NCBI RefSeq assembly: GCF_023055435.1
Contig: NW_025963857.1
Span: 28,892,001-28,956,000 of the forward strand
Origin: Haliotis rufescens
Lineage: Eukaryota
Direction: 5' to 3'
Length of the DNA stretch: 64,000 nucleotides
The notes below the pieces were generated by a model. The model was given only the letters and a program-made list of their open reading frames with translations, was not told the origin of the DNA and searched no databases. Position 1 is the first letter of the stretch; every line of letters starts with the position of its first letter. Below are positions 62,939-64,000 of the stretch, one piece after another. The position numbers and the translations under genes are program-made.

Positions 62939-64000
62939 TCAATCCTTCGCAAAGGTGAATACTTTCACATGTCCATCGTCGGTAACGTAAAGCAAACCAT
63001 CATCATCCAGACAGATACCACGAGGACGCTCAAGGCCATAAAGTTGTGTGAGAACATCTCTGACAAACTGCCCCGACTCTGTCAGCTGAATCACCCTGTT
63101 GGTGCCCGTGTCTACAAACAGGATGTCTCCTGTGATGGTTGTTGTGACACCTCGAGCATATACCAGAGCTTTATCTCCTGTAGGGGTGTAGGTGAAAACA
63201 ACTTCGCCATCACTGGTCACAGATGCCAGAGATTTTACTTCCTCATCACTGAATATCAAGTTGTTATTTCTGGTGACATGAATATAGGATGGGTTCTTTA
63301 TCACACCTGTGTTGATAGATTTCAGTACATTCCCTTTCATATCCAGCACGTCAACAGAGGCACGACTGTCGTCACCACCTGCTACCAGTTGTGAAGAGTT
63401 CAGACAGGCTAACCCATAATACTTCCTCTTTGTCTTCACAGTTGAGAGTAAAGAAGGTTCAGGGTTAAAGTTGATGAAAGCTATTTGTTGAGTGTCTGGC
63501 AGAGTAACAGCTGCCTGAGCTCCGCCCACCTGTGCCACTCGCCTTGGACCAGTAGGAAGCTGGAGATATTTCTTGATGAGTGTTTTGTTTGAAGTATAAC
63601 ATGCATTAAGTCTACTATTAAACCTATCTATCACAACAGTTACCTTGATACCATCAACAACTAATACTGCAACATCTAATAAACTATCGTAAAAGGTCAA
63701 GATGTCTATTGTTTGCAGGAGAACAGGAGAAGGCGTCCGGTCACTCACACCCTGAACAACCTTGACCTCCCCCAGCTGCACCTCATCCACAGATCTCATC
63801 AGTTTATCTGTGTCATGTGTGAAGACAATGGTGGATGGTATTGGTCTCTTGTCCTCACTTGTGTCCTCATCTCTGGATGCTACGGCCACAGTCTCATATA
63901 TATCATACATGTCTGCTACACAGTTTGACGTTACGGCTTTGTCTGTGAACTCATACCGCTGCTGATGCATCTTGAGCTCAATCTCCTGGGACTTTCTGTG
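62939..64000 (-). CDS. TRIM gene copy 7, 3' part (coiled-coil end and NHL-like propeller); 5' end beyond the window
   Basis: Stop-free ORF closely similar to copy 5, ending KVFTFAKD*. Confidence 0.85.
   Translation of the reverse strand, partial: HRKSQEIELKMHQQRYEFTDKAVTSNCVADMYDIYETVAVASRDEDTSEDKRPIPSTIVFTHDTDKLMRSVDEVQLGEVKVVQGVSDRTPSPVLLQTIDILTFYDSLLDVAVLVVDGIKVTVVIDRFNSRLNACYTSNKTLIKKYLQLPTGPRRVAQVGGAQAAVTLPDTQQIAFINFNPEPSLLSTVKTKRKYYGLACLNSSQLVAGGDDSRASVDVLDMKGNVLKSINTGVIKNPSYIHVTRNNNLIFSDEEVKSLASVTSDGEVVFTYTPTGDKALVYARGVTTTITGDILFVDTGTNRVIQLTESGQFVRDVLTQLYGLERPRGICLDDDGLLYVTDDGHVKVFTFAKD

Noticed and set aside
22100-64000. Array being purely uncollapsed allelic haplotypes
   Set aside because: At least four or five versions of the same unit carry private indels and TE insertions, more than two alleles can explain. 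Local misassembly near the N gaps cannot be excluded.

Overview
This is AT-rich eukaryotic genomic DNA with spliceosomal introns, tRNA-derived SINEs, Tc1/mariner relics, microsatellites and many N gaps. The SINE repertoire suggests a mollusc, possibly a gastropod such as abalone (inference). The window holds a head-to-tail tandem array, all on the minus strand, of at least 7 TRIM genes with a C3HC4 RING, B-box1, B-box2, coiled coil and NHL-like beta-propeller. Each has a 289-nt RING coding exon joined by a phase-1 GT-AG intron to one large exon. Copy 5 is full length (640 aa). Copy 1 is intact but lacks about 105 aa of coiled coil. Copy 2 has a destroyed RING exon but an intact remainder. Copy 3 has lost the propeller, copy 4 is frameshifted near the C-terminus, copy 6 has several 5' lesions but an intact 3' ORF, and copy 7 is cut by the window end. 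Debris of further copies lies at about 9.1 kb and 43.8-45.0 kb. B-box2 is nearly invariant, while the loops predicted to form one face of the propeller are hypervariable and shuffled between paralogues, as expected for a diversifying recognition (possibly immune) family under birth-and-death evolution. Copies share an upstream module of an ETS site plus twin TCACGTGA E-boxes. Intergenic DNA contains four SINE families, a mariner, four Tc1 relics, a BEL/Pao gag relic and the 3' end of an RLE-type (R4/Dong-like) retrotransposon.
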